Of a stretch of DNA of 64,000 bases, positions 29,114 to 40,877 are shown piece after piece. The translations under genes were made by a program, and so were the position numbers. Positions within the stretch are counted from its first letter, which is position 1; every line of letters starts with the position of its first letter. The stretch is from an uncultured bacterium (GTDB taxonomy: Bacteria > Desulfobacterota > GWC2-55-46): contig CAJPGC010000011.1 in the NCBI GenBank assembly GCA_905339405.1, positions 7,588-71,587 on the forward strand. The letters are read 5' to 3'. Below the pieces are notes generated by a model that saw only the letters and a program-made list of their open reading frames with translations, made no database searches and was not told the origin of the DNA.

Positions 29114-29380
29114 ATGACAACCTACAGCATAGCGACTCTGGCGATCATGGTTTCAATGGCGGCCCTCATACTGAACCTTCCGTTCGGATATATGAGGATG
29201 AATACCCGCAAGCTCTCGTTCATGTGGTTCGTCTACATACACCTGCCGATACCGGCCATATTTATCCTGCGCAACATGGCCGGCCTCGACTACAAGTTCA
29301 TCCCTCTCATGGTCGCTGGGGCCGTCGCCGGACAGTTCCTGGGAGGCAGGCTCAACAAGAAGGCCTCTCCGAATGGTTGA
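29114..29380 (+). CDS. Small hypothetical membrane protein
   Basis: Hydrophobic 88 aa (LNLPFG, WFVYIHLPIP, GQFLGG), overlaps the next start. Confidence 0.7.
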   Translation: MTTYSIATLAIMVSMAALILNLPFGYMRMNTRKLSFMWFVYIHLPIPAIFILRNMAGLDYKFIPLMVAGAVAGQFLGGRLNKKASPNG

Positions 29381-29840
29381 GCGGGGCGCAAGAACGCGCC
29401 AGCAGTCCCCTTCCCCCATAAGCTCGATCCTGCCGTCTCTGGGCCACCTCAATTTGCCAGCCAAGCTCCGTGAATACAAGATATCAAAGGCATGGAACGA
29501 ATGCGTTGGCGCCGGAATATCCAAAAGGGCCTGCCCCGAGAGGCTCATGGGCACTGTCCTTTACTGCAACGTCACCTCTTCGGCGTGGATGACCGAGATA
29601 AACTACCAGAAGACCAGTATCATCGAACGGCTCAACGAGACGATGGGCTACAAGGCAATCACCGAGATAGTATTGAGGATTGGCCCCGTGAAGACAATCT
29701 TCAAGACAAAGAACGCACCGGCATGGCACCCAAAGGAGCTGACTGCCGAGGACAAGACCTTCATAGAAGGCGTCACCTCCGGCATAAAAGACGAGAAACT
29801 CAAGGCCTTGATAAAAAGAGTAATCGGGAAGTCCCGCTAA
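29373..29840 (+). CDS. dciA: DUF721/DciA family protein (replicative helicase loader-like)
   Basis: WNECVGAGI, LYCNVTSSAWMTEINYQKTSIIERLN, ITEIVLRIG match the DUF721 pattern. Confidence 0.75.
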   Translation: MVERGARTRQQSPSPISSILPSLGHLNLPAKLREYKISKAWNECVGAGISKRACPERLMGTVLYCNVTSSAWMTEINYQKTSIIERLNETMGYKAITEIVLRIGPVKTIFKTKNAPAWHPKELTAEDKTFIEGVTSGIKDEKLKALIKRVIGKSR

Positions 29841-30520
29841 AGGAATAAAGGCTCCTCCATCTCCATCCCCCCGTCAATCCCAAGCTCCACAAGGAAAAAC
29901 CTCGGCTCGGCCCCCTTTCCGGTATGTACGAACCTGAGCCTTCTGGCATTGAGGCCGCATTTTTGCGACTCGATGAGCATCTCCGAAAGCCTCGTTACCG
30001 GAAAGACGTAGAAAATCTTCCCGCTTTTACCAGCCAGATGCTTCGACACCCTGACCAGTTCTGCAAGGCCGCCCTTTACCTCGCTTCTGGCTATGGCCCT
30101 CTCGGCCTTCGGGCTCACCCTGCCTGTCCCAGCCTTTGTGTACGGCGGGTTGCTCACGATCGCGCTGAAAGCACCTTCCGGGTACATGGCGGGCAAATCG
30201 CGATAGTCCGCGTTCAATACGCCGGCCCTGGCCTCCAGGCCGTTCGCCTCGATATTCTTCCCGGCAGTCAACGCGGCTTCCTTGTCTATCTCAACACCAA
30301 TCAACTTCTCCGCCCCAGTCTTCCAGGCTAGAAGAAGCAGCAACGCGCCTGTAGCCGTGCCGAGGTCTATTACTTTATCTTTTTCTGAGATTGATTTGGC
30401 CGCGAAAACGGCCAGGGCTACTGTGTCGCTTGTGAGCCTGTGGCCCGCCTTCCTCTGGATGAGGAAGTACGGGCCGAGGCTCTCTATTGTTTCGTTTTCG
30501 GTTATCGTGGGGCGCTTCAA
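29837..30520 (-). CDS. tRNA1(Val) A37 N6-methyltransferase-like (TrmN6/YfiC)
   Basis: IQRKAGHRLTSDTVALA, VIDLGTATG, IVSNPPY, AIARSE; start uncertain (TTG about 30520); the long N-terminal extension in the ORF track is shadow of DUF1015. Confidence 0.8.
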   Translation of the reverse strand: MKRPTITENETIESLGPYFLIQRKAGHRLTSDTVALAVFAAKSISEKDKVIDLGTATGALLLLLAWKTGAEKLIGVEIDKEAALTAGKNIEANGLEARAGVLNADYRDLPAMYPEGAFSAIVSNPPYTKAGTGRVSPKAERAIARSEVKGGLAELVRVSKHLAGKSGKIFYVFPVTRLSEMLIESQKCGLNARRLRFVHTGKGAEPRFFLVELGIDGGMEMEEPLFL

Positions 30521-30528
30521 GGCCGTTT

Positions 30529-31884
30529 TCAGGCCTTCAAGACGGCTTTCGAGTCGAAGAGGTTCAAGGTAAGCCCCGAGAGGAGCTTGGGGTAGAAGTA
30601 AGTCGACTTCTGGGGCATGACAAAGCCCGCGAGGGCGACCGACTTCACCTGCTCTATCTTCGTCGCGTTCAGCAGGAAGACGAGCTGGTTCTGGTCGTTG
30701 GAGCAGGCGCTTATCGCCTCGTCGTAGCTCTTCACGTAAATGAGGTTCTCCTGCTTCTCCTGCGCCTCCTGGGTCATGCCCAGTATCTTCGCGAAGACGA
30801 GCGAATGGAGGACTGTCACGTCGAGCCCCTTGAAGACCTCCGGGATGGAGTTCCCGAAGACCTTGTCCATGACGTCGGCGGACTTGACCGAAAGGAGGTA
30901 GTAGATGTCCCTTGCCCTTATGTGCAGGCCCAACGATACGGCCTTTTCGCCGGACTTCTCGAGCTCCTTCAAAAACGTCGAGCGCACCTGTGCTTCGCTG
31001 GCGGCGGTGTAGGCGAATTCCCTGACGTCGAAGTGCTCTTTGCATTTGGCGAGGAAGGCGTCTGCCTCGAAACCCTTCAGGCTGTGCACGACCCTGTGGG
31101 TCGGCCATATGGTCATGCCCTCGTCGTCCATGTTCGAAAAATACATCATTATGAAGTTGAAGGGCTCGTTCCCGGTGTAATTACCGGCCTTCTCCCTCAT
31201 CATGTTCCTGTAGTTGAGGGCAGTCTCGTACCTGTGGTGGCCATCGGCTATGAAAAGGGACTTGTCATTCATCGACTCGATGACGCCGCTCAATGTCTGC
31301 TGGTCGTCGACCTTCCATATCATGTTCTCGATGCCGTCGTCGTCAACTACGTCTATTGCGGGGGCCTTACCGGCAATCGCGCCTTCGAGGAGCTTGTTGA
31401 CCCTCAAGACCGGGTCGGAGTAGAGCGTGAATATGCAGCTCATGTTGGCGTCGCAGGCCTGCATCAGCTTCAATCTGTCGGCCTTGGGGCCGGAAAGCGT
31501 CCTCTCGTGCGGGTGTATGCCCTTGCCGAAGTCGACGAGCCTTGAAAGGCCTATGAAGCCCTTCCTCGTGTGCTTCGAGCCGTCCTTGAGGGTATAGGTC
31601 TGCGTGTAGTAGTAAAGCGCGGGCTTCTCGTCGTGGGCAAGGACGCCTTCGCCCATCCATTTATTGAGGTCGGCGGCGGCTCTCGAATACCTGTCGTTGC
31701 CTTCGGTGTCCTGGGCCGTGGTCTTGCCGAGTATTATCCTTATTATGTTGTTAGGATGGCGCTCGTAAAGCTCGTCCTGCTTCTTAGGCGATATGACGTC
31801 ATAAGGCGGGGCCATGACCTTATTGAGGTCTCCCACCTTGGCGGGGTTATAAAGAACGCCCCTGAAAGGTACTATCTCTGCCAT
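30529..31884 (-). CDS. DUF1015 family protein
   Basis: MAEIVPFRG, APPYDVI, PHERT, FIADGHHRYETA, MPQKSTYFYPKLLSGL. Confidence 0.9.
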   Translation of the reverse strand: MAEIVPFRGVLYNPAKVGDLNKVMAPPYDVISPKKQDELYERHPNNIIRIILGKTTAQDTEGNDRYSRAAADLNKWMGEGVLAHDEKPALYYYTQTYTLKDGSKHTRKGFIGLSRLVDFGKGIHPHERTLSGPKADRLKLMQACDANMSCIFTLYSDPVLRVNKLLEGAIAGKAPAIDVVDDDGIENMIWKVDDQQTLSGVIESMNDKSLFIADGHHRYETALNYRNMMREKAGNYTGNEPFNFIMMYFSNMDDEGMTIWPTHRVVHSLKGFEADAFLAKCKEHFDVREFAYTAASEAQVRSTFLKELEKSGEKAVSLGLHIRARDIYYLLSVKSADVMDKVFGNSIPEVFKGLDVTVLHSLVFAKILGMTQEAQEKQENLIYVKSYDEAISACSNDQNQLVFLLNATKIEQVKSVALAGFVMPQKSTYFYPKLLSGLTLNLFDSKAVLKA

Positions 31885-32080
31885 TTACTCGACTCCCGGG
31901 ATTGGATTAATAACACAAGTAGTAAGGTCTTTATGAATTTTTTACTTTACTATTGCGGGCAGCCCCTTGTCAATGGGAAAAGGGCCTGTCAAAAGAAGCG
32001 CGAAGGGCTGGCCGGGGGTTTTAAAAGGAAAATGGAATGGACTATATTTGCCAGTGATTTCAGTATGTTTGGAGGCCAGT

Positions 32081-34474
32081 TCAGCCAATCTCAGCCAGGT
32101 CGAGCTTGCCTGCCCAGCGGGCCTTCAGCACCATCTTCATTATCCCGCCCTCTGCCCCTGCAAGCGAGGGGTTTTTCTCCAGGTACGAGAAAGCCTCCTC
32201 CCTTGCGGCCTTCAGGAGGCTGGCGTCGGTCAGGGCCTCCTCTGTCCTGAAGTCCGGCAAACCTGCCTGGCGCGTGCCGAGAAAATCCCCTGCCCCACGT
32301 ATCTTGAGGTCTTCTTCTGCTATCCTGAAGCCGTCGTTCGTCTCTTCCATCACCTTGAGTCGCCTGTACGTATCTTCCGAATTGGTCCACGAGGCAAGAA
32401 GCAGGCAGATGGACCTTTTGGCGCCCCTGCCTACCCTGCCCCTCAACTGATGGAGCTGCGCAAGGCCGAACCTCTCTGCGTGCTCGATGAGCATGACTGT
32501 GGCGTTCGGCACGTCGACTCCTACCTCTATTACCGTAGTCGACACGAGGATATGGATTCGGCCTTCCTTGAACTCCTTCATGACCGCCTCTTTTTCCTCG
32601 GCCTTCATCCTGCCGTGGAGGAGCCCCACCTTCCATTCCCTGAATATGTCCCTCTCCAGGTGCTCCTTCATGTTGGTGGCATCCCTGAGGTTCATCTCCG
32701 TCGACTCTTCCACGAGCGGGTAGACGATATAGGCCTGACTGCCCCCCTCTAGCTCTTTCCTTATGGCGTCATAGGCGCTCTTCCTGCCGCTCTCGCGGAT
32801 TATCGACGTCTTCACCGGAGTCCTGCCGGGCGGCAGCTCGTCTATGACCGAAACGTCGAGGTCGCCGAAGACCGTCATCGAAAGAGTCCTCGGTATCGGG
32901 GTGGCGGTCATTATGAGCACGTCCGGGGAGAGGCCTTCGGCCACGCCGAAGCCTTTTTTCTTGAGTATCGCCCTCTGGAGGACGCCGAAGCGGTGCTGCT
33001 CGTCAATGACCGCGAGCCCGAGGCGCTTGAACTCGACGTCTTTTTGAATGAGCGCGTGCGTGCCTATGACGAGCTGCGCTTCCCCTGAAGCGACCGCACT
33101 GTACATCGCTTTCTTTTCAGCCTTTGGCGCGCTGCCGGTGAGGAGCAGAGTTTTTATTCCGAGCGACTCGGCGTACTTGTGCGTAAGGAGGTAATGCTGT
33201 TCTGCCAATATCTCGGTGGGGGCCATGAGCGCGGCCTGGTAGCCAGCCTCAAGGGCCTGAAGCGCAGCTATGAGGCTCACGACGGTCTTGCCGGAGCCCA
33301 CGTCGCCCTGCACGAGCCTGTTCATAGGGTGGGGAGAAGCCATATCCATTTTTATCTCGGCTACCACCCTCTCCTGCGCGCCTGTGAGCTTGAACGGCAA
33401 CAGGCAGCGGAGCTTCGCTTCGAGGCCGACCCCGGCCTTGAAAGAGATGCCCCTCTCCTTTTTCATGCGGGCTTTTCTCAAGGCCAACCCGAGCTCGAGC
33501 ATGAATAGCTCGTCAAAGGCGATGCTCCTTCTCGCTCCCCTGGCGCCGCCGGAACTCTTGCCCGGAAGGTGTACCTCTTTTAACGCCTCTGGAAGAGCCG
33601 AGACTTTGTTCCTCGAAAGGATTGAGGCAGGCACTCCGCCGAGCGCAAGGGCCGAATATCTCTCGACCGCGCCCGTGACGATGGCCCTCATGGTCTTCTG
33701 GTGGAGGTTGTCGACAAGCGAATAGACCGGGACAATGCCTTCTGGCGCGCTTTCAGTCTCAAGGCTTTCGTCTACAAGCTCGACATCGGGGTGTATCATC
33801 TCCTTCTGTCCGCCGTAGATCGAAACCTGCCCGAAGACCACGACCTTCTGTCCGTTCTGGAACCTTTTTTTCATCGAGGGGCGGAAATGGAACCACTTGA
33901 GTTTCAGGATGGAGCCGCCGTCGCCTATGGCCATCTCAAAGACCCTGCGCCTGCCGTAGTAGACCTCGCCGGAAGCGAGCACCTCGCCGCTTGCGGACTC
34001 GGACGCCCCGGGGGTAAGCTCCTTTATTTTTTTCATCCTGGAGCGGTCTTCATATCTTATGGGCAGGAAATAAAGCACGTCCTCCACCGTCTTGAGCCCC
34101 TTTTTCGCGAGCCTCTCGGCGAGCTTCGGCCCGACGCCCTTGAGTCCCTGAACGGGAGAAGCCAGAGCCGAAAGCCTTTTCCGTGCCTCTTCGACGCTCA
34201 TTGGTGTAGGTGGTTTTTGTGTGCTGTTATCCAGGCCGGAGATGACTTCGAAAGCGGCGGTTATCTTTTCTTTTTTAACAGGGAGTTCGAGAGAATCGAA
34301 GCCGGTGAAAAGCTTTTTGAGCTCCTTGAAGCAAGCGGAAAGCTCTGGGCGCTCGGAAAGGGAAAGTCCCTCTGAGCACAGTGAATTGACGAGCGGCTCG
34401 AGGGACTTCAACGCGCCGAGGTGTTGGAAGCCGTCCTTCGAGGCGAACCTAAGGGGCTTCAGGACCGCTTCCAT
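32081..34474 (-). CDS. recG: ATP-dependent DNA helicase RecG with N-terminal helical extension
   Basis: QGDVGSGKT, IDEQHRFG, MTATPIPR, QLHQLRGRVGRG, DLKIRGAG. Confidence 0.96.
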   Translation of the reverse strand: MEAVLKPLRFASKDGFQHLGALKSLEPLVNSLCSEGLSLSERPELSACFKELKKLFTGFDSLELPVKKEKITAAFEVISGLDNSTQKPPTPMSVEEARKRLSALASPVQGLKGVGPKLAERLAKKGLKTVEDVLYFLPIRYEDRSRMKKIKELTPGASESASGEVLASGEVYYGRRRVFEMAIGDGGSILKLKWFHFRPSMKKRFQNGQKVVVFGQVSIYGGQKEMIHPDVELVDESLETESAPEGIVPVYSLVDNLHQKTMRAIVTGAVERYSALALGGVPASILSRNKVSALPEALKEVHLPGKSSGGARGARRSIAFDELFMLELGLALRKARMKKERGISFKAGVGLEAKLRCLLPFKLTGAQERVVAEIKMDMASPHPMNRLVQGDVGSGKTVVSLIAALQALEAGYQAALMAPTEILAEQHYLLTHKYAESLGIKTLLLTGSAPKAEKKAMYSAVASGEAQLVIGTHALIQKDVEFKRLGLAVIDEQHRFGVLQRAILKKKGFGVAEGLSPDVLIMTATPIPRTLSMTVFGDLDVSVIDELPPGRTPVKTSIIRESGRKSAYDAIRKELEGGSQAYIVYPLVEESTEMNLRDATNMKEHLERDIFREWKVGLLHGRMKAEEKEAVMKEFKEGRIHILVSTTVIEVGVDVPNATVMLIEHAERFGLAQLHQLRGRVGRGAKRSICLLLASWTNSEDTYRRLKVMEETNDGFRIAEEDLKIRGAGDFLGTRQAGLPDFRTEEALTDASLLKAAREEAFSYLEKNPSLAGAEGGIMKMVLKARWAGKLDLAEIG

Positions 34475-34506
34475 TATCTCGCCGAGGCGTCCGCCGCCGG
34501 TCACGG

Positions 34507-36300
34507 CTACATCTCCACGCGCGTAATGACGCCGTGGAGCTTGTTCGTGGGCATCTTGTAGAATATGAGGAACGTGGGGGTCAGCCTTTTTATGACGGAA
34601 AATATCTTCCAGAATATGTTACTCGTCGTTATCTCCTCGAGGCCGTAGAAGATGGTCTTCTCGTTGACCCCGGCCGACTTCAATAGAGCTTCAACGTCGA
34701 CCACCTCCATGTAGCCGGAGCGTATCTCAAATACACGGAGACCTGCCGCGAGGTCGTCCATGAATTTGTAGCTCGTCCCGAATGAATCGTCGGTCCTTAC
34801 GATCGATACGATTATGTTGTCCTCGTATATGATGTTGTTCTTGAACATCGTATGGACTATGTACGGTGCGATCTCCTTGGCGTCCTTCGCGAAGAAAAGC
34901 GCGGTGCCGGGGATTTTCGGGAGGCTCTTGTATATCTGGTTGTAGCCAATGAGGAAGGCCTCCTGGTTAAGCGGCCGCAAGGACCTGTACAGCTTTTTCT
35001 GACCCTGCGTGTAGATGAGTATCATCGTGAACGGAAGCAGTGCTATGACTATCGACCAGTACCCGCCGTGGGGTATCTTGAAAGTATTCGAAAAGAAATA
35101 GATGAAGTCTGCTACAGTCACCAGCACCGCGATGGCGGTCCTGATGTATTGCTTCCGGCTTAAGAATATCCACGTCATCATTATGCCCGTGACCGACATG
35201 GTGCCGGTGACCGCAAGGCCGTAGGCAGCCGCCAGATTGCTCGACTCCCTGAATTCGAACATTATGAAGATGACGGCGACGAGCAAAAACCAGTTGACGA
35301 ACGGGATGTATATCTGGCTCCTCTGCTCGGTTGAAGTATAGTCCACCTTGAAAAGCGGCATGATGTGCGTAGTGATGCCCTGGTACACGATAGAGAACAT
35401 GCCGCTTATCATGGCCTGCGAGGCTATGACAGTGGCAGAGATGCTGAGGATGAGGAAAGGGACGTAAAGTAACTGTGCGTGGTGGTTCACCATCTCGAAG
35501 AGCACGTTTTTGGCATCCGGATGTGTCAGCAGAAACGCGCCCTGGCCCATGTAGTTCAGGACAAGAACGATAAAGACCATGTACCAGGCCTTTACGATGG
35601 GGGGCCTGCTAAGATGGCCCATATCTGCGTAAAGGGCCTCGGCTCCCGTTGCGCAGAGTATGACCTCTGAGAGGACGAAGAAACCGGCCCAACCGTTGTC
35701 CATCATGAACTTGAAACCGTAATACGGGTTTATGCCCCAGAGGACTTCCGGGTTGTTCGTTATTCCGGCTATACCTGAGACCGCGAGCGCGCCGAACCAT
35801 ATCACCATGATGGGACCGAACGCCCAGGCAACGCGCTCCGTTCCCCTCTTCTGGAAGATGAACAGGAGTATGGCGATGCCGGAAGCTATTATTATTAGTT
35901 TTGTCTGGCTTAGCGTTTCGAAGCCCGGAATGAGAAGGGAGCCTTCAACAGCGGAGAGGATGGATATTGCCGGTGTTATTACACCGTCGCCCACGAGGAG
36001 CGAGATGCCGATGAACGAAAGAAGCGTTACGAAAGCGACCTTCCTGCCGCTCTTGAGGTAAGGGACCAGGAGCTCCCGCAAGACTATGGTGCCGCCCTCG
36101 CCCTTTTTGCCGAGCGTCGTGGCGAGCCACGCGTACTCTACCGTGACGAGGGTAATGAGCGTCCAGACCACAAGGGAAAGCACACCCCTTATGTTATCGA
36201 GCGTTGGCGAAAGTACAAGGAAGATGACCGTCAGCGTATAGATCGGGCTCGTGCCGATGTCCCCGAATACTATGCCGAGGGATTTTATTATGTTACGCAT
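34507..36300 (-). CDS. kup: KUP/HAK/KT potassium transporter
   Basis: [43 protein letters not shown]; start overlaps the carB stop. Confidence 0.93.
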   Translation of the reverse strand: MRNIIKSLGIVFGDIGTSPIYTLTVIFLVLSPTLDNIRGVLSLVVWTLITLVTVEYAWLATTLGKKGEGGTIVLRELLVPYLKSGRKVAFVTLLSFIGISLLVGDGVITPAISILSAVEGSLLIPGFETLSQTKLIIIASGIAILLFIFQKRGTERVAWAFGPIMVIWFGALAVSGIAGITNNPEVLWGINPYYGFKFMMDNGWAGFFVLSEVILCATGAEALYADMGHLSRPPIVKAWYMVFIVLVLNYMGQGAFLLTHPDAKNVLFEMVNHHAQLLYVPFLILSISATVIASQAMISGMFSIVYQGITTHIMPLFKVDYTSTEQRSQIYIPFVNWFLLVAVIFIMFEFRESSNLAAAYGLAVTGTMSVTGIMMTWIFLSRKQYIRTAIAVLVTVADFIYFFSNTFKIPHGGYWSIVIALLPFTMILIYTQGQKKLYRSLRPLNQEAFLIGYNQIYKSLPKIPGTALFFAKDAKEIAPYIVHTMFKNNIIYEDNIIVSIVRTDDSFGTSYKFMDDLAAGLRVFEIRSGYMEVVDVEALLKSAGVNEKTIFYGLEEITTSNIFWKIFSVIKRLTPTFLIFYKMPTNKLHGVITRVEM

Positions 36301-39300
36301 CGCTCCTGGCGGCTTCCGGAGAGAGAATTTTATGCGTTGTCTCTGCCGACCCCTGGAACTCGGCATGGTACTCCTGCAGGGGCTTCACGTCAAGCCCTCC
36401 CGTCAAGACGGCCCTTATGCCGAGGGCTGCGGCCTTTGCCCCTGCCACCGTCGTGAAGTGCGGCAGGCCTGAGTCGACCGAAGACCTCCTTATGGAATAC
36501 GAATCGGCGACGCTCTTGGCCCCGAAGGAGGTGTTTATGACCATGTCGACCTTCTTGCTCTTTATCATGTCGACTATGTTCGGCCTGCCCTCGGTGACTT
36601 TGAGGACGCTCTCGACCTTTATGCCCCTCTCGCGCAGATACCTCGCGGTCCCTCCAGTCGCGATTATGTTGAAGCCCGCCTCCTGCAATACTCCGGCCAC
36701 TCCTACTATCTCGGCCTTGTCGTCGTCCCTGACGGAGACGAAAACTGTGCCGGAATGAGGCAGCCTGTTACCTGCTGCAATCTGCGCCTTCGCGAAGGCG
36801 GTGCCGAAGTCTTTAGAGATGCCCATGACCTCGCCCGTTGACTTCATCTCAGGGCCCAGAAGTATGTCGACGCCGGGGAACTTTATGAACGGGAAGACCG
36901 CTTCCTTGACCGATACGTAAGGAGGCGTGACCTCGCTGGTGAAGCCAAGCTCCTTGAGGGTCTTTCCGGCCATTATCTTTGTCGCGAGCTTCGCCAGCGG
37001 CACGCCTATCGCCTTGCTGACGAAAGGTATTGTCCTCGACGCCCTCGGGTTGACCTCCAGGACGTAGACCTCGCCGTCCTTCACGGCATACTGGACGTTC
37101 ATGAGGCCCCTGACCTTCAATTCCTTTGCCATGAGGATGGACTGCGTCCGTATCTTGTCGATGACCGCGGCGTCGAGCGAATAAGGAGGGATTGAGCAGG
37201 CGGAGTCGCCCGAATGCACCCCTGCCTCTTCTATGTGCTCCATTATGCCCGCGACTATTACGGTGTCGCCGTCGCTTATGCAGTCGACGTCGACCTCGGT
37301 TGCGTTCTGAAGGAACCTGTCAATCAATACCGGGTGCTCTGGCGAGGCCTCCACGGCCCTGGTCATGTAATCCATGAGGCTCGTCTCGTCGTATACGGTC
37401 TCCATAGCGCGCCCGCCGAGAACGTAAGACGGCCTGACCATCACCGGGTAGCCGACGGTCCCGGCTATGCGCACGGCCTCATCAATGGAGCGCGCCGTGC
37501 CGCTCGCGGGCTTTTTGATATCGAGTTTCTCGAGGAGCTTGTCGAACCTCTCCCTGTCCTCGGCCATGTCGATGGAATCGGAGGAGGTGCCGAGCACTTT
37601 GACGCCCGCTTTCTCGAGGGCGACCGAGAGCCTCAAAGGCGTCTGGCCGCCGAGCTGGACGATGACGCCGTAGGGCTTCTCCTTCTCCACTATCGCCATT
37701 ACGTCCTCGAAGGTCAAAGGCTCGAAGTAGAGCCTGTCGGAGGTGTCGTAGTCGGTCGATACGGTCTCGGGATTGCAGTTGACCATTATCGACTCTATCC
37801 CCTCTTCGCGAAGGGCGAAGCTGGCGTGCACGCAGCAGTAGTCGAACTCTATGCCCTGGCCTATCCTGTTCGGGCCGCTGCCGAGTATCATTACTTTTTT
37901 TCTGTCAGTGGGGTTCGCTTCGCAGGCCGGGCTTGGGGCCCCGCCGGTCAGCACGTTGAAGAAAGGGCGTTCGTAGCTTGAGTAGAGATATGGTGTGTAG
38001 GCCTCGAACTCGGCGGCGCAGGTGTCGACGGTCTTGAAGACCGGCTCTATGCCTGCCGCTTTGAGGACCGATTTTATCTCAGCCTCAGACTTCCCTGAAA
38101 GCGAGGCGAGGTTCTTCATGGAGAAGCCAGCCTCCTTCGCCTTCCTCAATATCTCCTTTGAGAGCTGGCCCTGGCGGCCCTGCCAGAAGACGCCTTCTTC
38201 TATCTCTATTATCTCCCGTATGTTGTTGAGGAACCAGCGGTCGATGTTGGTGAGCTCGTGAACGTCGTCGACGTGGAGCCCGCCCCTCAAGGCCTCAGCG
38301 ATGTACCAGAGCCGCTCGTTCCTCGGCGTCTTGAGCATCGACTTTATGACGTCCATCTCCGCTTCGTTCGGCCTGAAGACCGGCTCGGGGCGGCCCACGC
38401 GTATCTTGCTCTCGAAGCCGTAGCTGCCGGTCTCGAGCGAGCGCATCGCCTTCAGCAGGGCTTCCTTGAAGGTCCTGCCCATGGCCATTGCCTCGCCAAC
38501 GGACTTCATCTGGGTGGTGAGCGTGGGGTCGGCTTTCTGGAACTTCTCGAAGGCGAACCTCGGTATCTTGACGACGACGTAGTCTATCGTGGGCTCGAAT
38601 GAGGCGGGGGTCTTCTTGGTGATGTCGTTGGCTATCTCGTCGAGCGAGTACCCAACCGCGAGCTTTGCCGCGAACTTGGCTATGGGGAAGCCGGTCGCCT
38701 TGCTGGCAAGGGCCGAGGACCTGGAGACCCTCGGGTTCATCTCTATGACGTATACCTTGCCGTTGGCGGGGTTCATGGAGAACTGTATGTTCGACCCGCC
38801 AGTGTCGACGCCTATCTCCCTTATTATCCTTATTGAAGCGTCGCGGAGAACCTGGTATTCCTTGTCGGTCAATGTCTGCGCCGGGGCGACCGTGATGGAG
38901 TCCCCGGTGTGCACGCCCATGGGGTCTAGGTTCTCTATGGAGCAGATGATGACGACGTTGTCGTTCTTGTCCCTCATCACCTCGAGCTCGAATTCCTTCC
39001 AGCCTATGACCGACTCTTCTATGAGTATCTCGCTGACCGGTGAGCACTCGAGGCCGAACCTCACCATGTCCTCGTACTCTTCCCTGTTGTAGGCGATTCC
39101 TCCGCCCATGCCGCCCAACGTGAAAGAGGGCCTGATGATGACCGGGAAGTTCATGGTCTCGATTATGTCGAGACACTCCTGGAAGTTCCTCGCATTCCCG
39201 CTCCTGGGGACCTCGAGGCCTATCTTGTACATGGCCTGCTTGAAAAGCTCCCTGTCCTCGGCCTTCTTTATTGCCGGGAGCTTCGCCCCTATCATCTCTA

Positions 39301-39637
39301 CATTGTACTTATCGAGCACTCCGGCCTCGGCGAGCTTGACCGAGACGTTAAGGGCGGTCTGCCCTCCCATCGTCGGCAGGAGCGCGTCCGGCCTCTCCTT
39401 CTCGATTATCTTCTCGACCATCTCCGGCGTTATCGGCTCTATGTAGGTCCTGTCGGCGAGCGTGGGGTCGGTCATGATGGTGGCCGGGTTCGAGTTCACG
39501 AGCACGACCTCGTACCCGTCCTCTTTCAAGGCCTTGCAGGCCTGCGTCCCCGAGTAGTCGAACTCGCAGGCTTGTCCTATGACAATCGGCCCCGAGCCGA
39601 TGATGAGTATCTTCTTTATGTCTGTTCTCTTAGGCAA
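36293..39637 (-). CDS. carB: Carbamoyl-phosphate synthase large subunit
   Basis: [30 protein letters not shown], duplicated ATP-grasp domains, MGS domain. Confidence 0.98.
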   Translation of the reverse strand: MPKRTDIKKILIIGSGPIVIGQACEFDYSGTQACKALKEDGYEVVLVNSNPATIMTDPTLADRTYIEPITPEMVEKIIEKERPDALLPTMGGQTALNVSVKLAEAGVLDKYNVEMIGAKLPAIKKAEDRELFKQAMYKIGLEVPRSGNARNFQECLDIIETMNFPVIIRPSFTLGGMGGGIAYNREEYEDMVRFGLECSPVSEILIEESVIGWKEFELEVMRDKNDNVVIICSIENLDPMGVHTGDSITVAPAQTLTDKEYQVLRDASIRIIREIGVDTGGSNIQFSMNPANGKVYVIEMNPRVSRSSALASKATGFPIAKFAAKLAVGYSLDEIANDITKKTPASFEPTIDYVVVKIPRFAFEKFQKADPTLTTQMKSVGEAMAMGRTFKEALLKAMRSLETGSYGFESKIRVGRPEPVFRPNEAEMDVIKSMLKTPRNERLWYIAEALRGGLHVDDVHELTNIDRWFLNNIREIIEIEEGVFWQGRQGQLSKEILRKAKEAGFSMKNLASLSGKSEAEIKSVLKAAGIEPVFKTVDTCAAEFEAYTPYLYSSYERPFFNVLTGGAPSPACEANPTDRKKVMILGSGPNRIGQGIEFDYCCVHASFALREEGIESIMVNCNPETVSTDYDTSDRLYFEPLTFEDVMAIVEKEKPYGVIVQLGGQTPLRLSVALEKAGVKVLGTSSDSIDMAEDRERFDKLLEKLDIKKPASGTARSIDEAVRIAGTVGYPVMVRPSYVLGGRAMETVYDETSLMDYMTRAVEASPEHPVLIDRFLQNATEVDVDCISDGDTVIVAGIMEHIEEAGVHSGDSACSIPPYSLDAAVIDKIRTQSILMAKELKVRGLMNVQYAVKDGEVYVLEVNPRASRTIPFVSKAIGVPLAKLATKIMAGKTLKELGFTSEVTPPYVSVKEAVFPFIKFPGVDILLGPEMKSTGEVMGISKDFGTAFAKAQIAAGNRLPHSGTVFVSVRDDDKAEIVGVAGVLQEAGFNIIATGGTARYLRERGIKVESVLKVTEGRPNIVDMIKSKKVDMVINTSFGAKSVADSYSIRRSSVDSGLPHFTTVAGAKAAALGIRAVLTGGLDVKPLQEYHAEFQGSAETTHKILSPEAARSDA

Positions 39638-39671
39638 CTGAAGCGACCTCCGGAATGTTTGCGGGAACTTG

Positions 39672-40802
39672 TTATTTCTGTGACTGCATCAAATCTGTGA
39701 ACCTCTTGAACAGGTACTGCGAGTCGTGCGGGCCGGGTGAGGCCTCGGGGTGGTACTGCACCGAAAAGACAGGCTTGTCCTTCAACGCTATGCCTTCGCA
39801 GGTCCTGTCGTTGAGGTTTATGTGCGTGAGCGACGCTTTGTCCTTCAAGGAATCGAGGTCAACGGCGAAGCCGTGGTTCTGAGAGGTTATCTCGACCTTG
39901 CCGGTAGTGAGGTCCTGAACGGGCTGGTTGCCGCCCCTGTGGCCGAACTTCAGTTTGTAGGTCTTGCCGCCGAGCGCAAGGGAGAGTATCTGGTGTCCCA
40001 GACATATCCCGAAGATGGGCTTTTTGCCGATGAGCTCCCTTACGGTCTCCTTGGCGTACTCGACCGCGTCCGGGTCTCCGGGGCCGTTCGAGAGGAATAT
40101 TCCGTCGGGGTTCAGAGCGAGCGCGCCTTTTGCGGGCGTTGAGGCAGGAACGACGGTCACAGAGCAGCCTGCGGCTGAAAGGTTACGTAGGATGTTCTTC
40201 TTGACGCCAAAGTCGTAGGCTACCACCCTGAACTTCTTCGTGCCGTCCTTGCCTGCCTTGGGGTAGCCGCCCTTTTCGAGGTCCCAGAGCTCGCCGTGCC
40301 ATTCGTAAGGCTGGGTGCAGCTCACTTCCTTCACGAGGTCCCTCCCGACGAGAGTCGGGGCGGCCTGGGCCTTTTTCACCAGCTTATGGAAGTCTCCTTC
40401 TACCGTGGATATGACGCCCTGCATGGCGCCCTTGTCCCTTATGATGCGCGTCAGGGCCCTCGTGTCTATTCCGGAGATGCCCACTATCCTGTTCCTCATG
40501 AGGTACCCCATGAGGCTTTCGGTCGAGCGCCAGTTCGACGGGAAAAGGCACGTCTCTTTCACTATGAAGCCTTCGACCCAGGGCTTTACCGATTCAACGT
40601 CCTCCGGGTTTATGCCGTAGTTCCCCTGCTGGCTGTATGTCATCGTTACTATCTGCCCCTTGTACGAGGGGTCTGTCAAGACCTCCTGGTAGCCGGTGAG
40701 TGACGTATTGAATACGACTTCGCCTGTTGTTTCGCCCTCTGCCCCGAACGAGGAACCCTCGAAAACGGTCCCGTCGGCAAGGGCCAGTATCGCTTTTCTC
40801 AA
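39672..40802 (-). CDS. carA: Carbamoyl-phosphate synthase small subunit
   Basis: [34 protein letters not shown]. Confidence 0.98.
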   Translation of the reverse strand: MRKAILALADGTVFEGSSFGAEGETTGEVVFNTSLTGYQEVLTDPSYKGQIVTMTYSQQGNYGINPEDVESVKPWVEGFIVKETCLFPSNWRSTESLMGYLMRNRIVGISGIDTRALTRIIRDKGAMQGVISTVEGDFHKLVKKAQAAPTLVGRDLVKEVSCTQPYEWHGELWDLEKGGYPKAGKDGTKKFRVVAYDFGVKKNILRNLSAAGCSVTVVPASTPAKGALALNPDGIFLSNGPGDPDAVEYAKETVRELIGKKPIFGICLGHQILSLALGGKTYKLKFGHRGGNQPVQDLTTGKVEITSQNHGFAVDLDSLKDKASLTHINLNDRTCEGIALKDKPVFSVQYHPEASPGPHDSQYLFKRFTDLMQSQK

Positions 40803-40877
40803 CTCTGCTTCCTTTCGGCTGATGGTCTTCTGGATATTATAAAACGCCAGCGGTTGGCGGGCCAGATAAATTTAAGA

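Noticed and set aside
30521-31108. Long N-terminal extension of the methyltransferase ORF
   Set aside because: Overlaps DUF1015 in another frame; family similarity begins only near 30520
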